Source: Eledone cirrhosa
Lineage: Eukaryota
Direction: 5' to 3'
DNA length: 64,000 bases
NCBI GenBank assembly: GCA_964016885.1
Contig: OZ024755.1
Span: forward strand, 32,674,001-32,738,000
The notes under the pieces are model-generated. The model had not been told where the DNA came from. It searched no databases and was given only the letters and a program-made list of their open reading frames with translations. Positions 63,595 through 64,000 of the stretch are shown piece by piece (position 1 is the first letter of the stretch; every line of letters begins with the position of its first letter). A program made the translations under genes and the position numbers.

Positions 63595-63972
63595 CCTCCT
63601 ATCTTCTGATTCGTTTTTTTCAAATAATCATTTTGGAAGAATCAGGATGGAGAGAGAGGTGCTGTACCCCAGCAAATTTTATAAAAGGTGGGTGAATGTG
63701 GCAAAGATGGCCCGAGTGGTTGGGCCTTCTCTCTATATAAGTCTGTAGGTTGAGGAAAAAGAGGAAAAGAGGAGGGGAGTATTCACTCTTGGTGCTCCTG
63801 GAGATGAGGGTTGTACATTTTTTCGGGGTGTGTACAACCCCTGTGTAACACTATTGGGGATTTCAATTGTTATTTGTTATTTTATTAATAGTTTTATTTT
63901 CATATACCTGTATGTAAACTCTCCATTTTTATTTGTCCCCTTCTTTTGTGCCCTTGTGGCTAATAAAGAAAT
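63595..63972 (+). mobile_element. probable Tx1/L1-like LINE 3' end
   Basis: Frameshifted LIRFF..RIRMEREVLYP..KRWVNVAKMARV, then a T-rich UTR ending AATAAAGAAAT. Clade assignment is from recollection of similar C-termini. Confidence 0.5.
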
Positions 63973-64000
63973 TTATCTTACCTCAGCCAGCCAATGGAAG

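Overview
AT-rich eukaryotic DNA, almost entirely repetitive, with no recognisable host protein-coding exon. The SINE/LINE/microsatellite repertoire resembles a cephalopod (Octopus-like) genome; this is an inference. Contents: (1) many tRNA-derived SINEs of two kinds, one with a Deu/Nin-like central domain and one with a CORE-like domain plus an RTE-derived 3' tail; (2) about 11 copies of a ~210-bp TTAA-flanked piggyBac-type MITE; (3) decayed RTE, CRE-like and Tx1/L1-like LINE fragments; (4) large microsatellites. Two less ordinary patterns stand out. (a) Small elements embedded in (TA)n tracts carry minimal type I hammerhead-ribozyme folds (7386-7445 minus; 16480-16536, 44699-44767 and 47149-47214 plus), and long foldback hairpins occur in the same (TA)n context. 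This suggests a Penelope-like or retrozyme-like, microsatellite-targeted, self-cleaving RNA element system. (b) Most minisatellite arrays (28, 41, 44, 48, 61/72, 79, 80 and 99 bp units) are in-situ amplifications of an internal segment of a MITE, SINE or LINE, with the rest of the element continuing at the array edge. Nearly all long ORFs in the ORF track are repeat artefacts. Coordinates were read by eye and may be off by a few bases.
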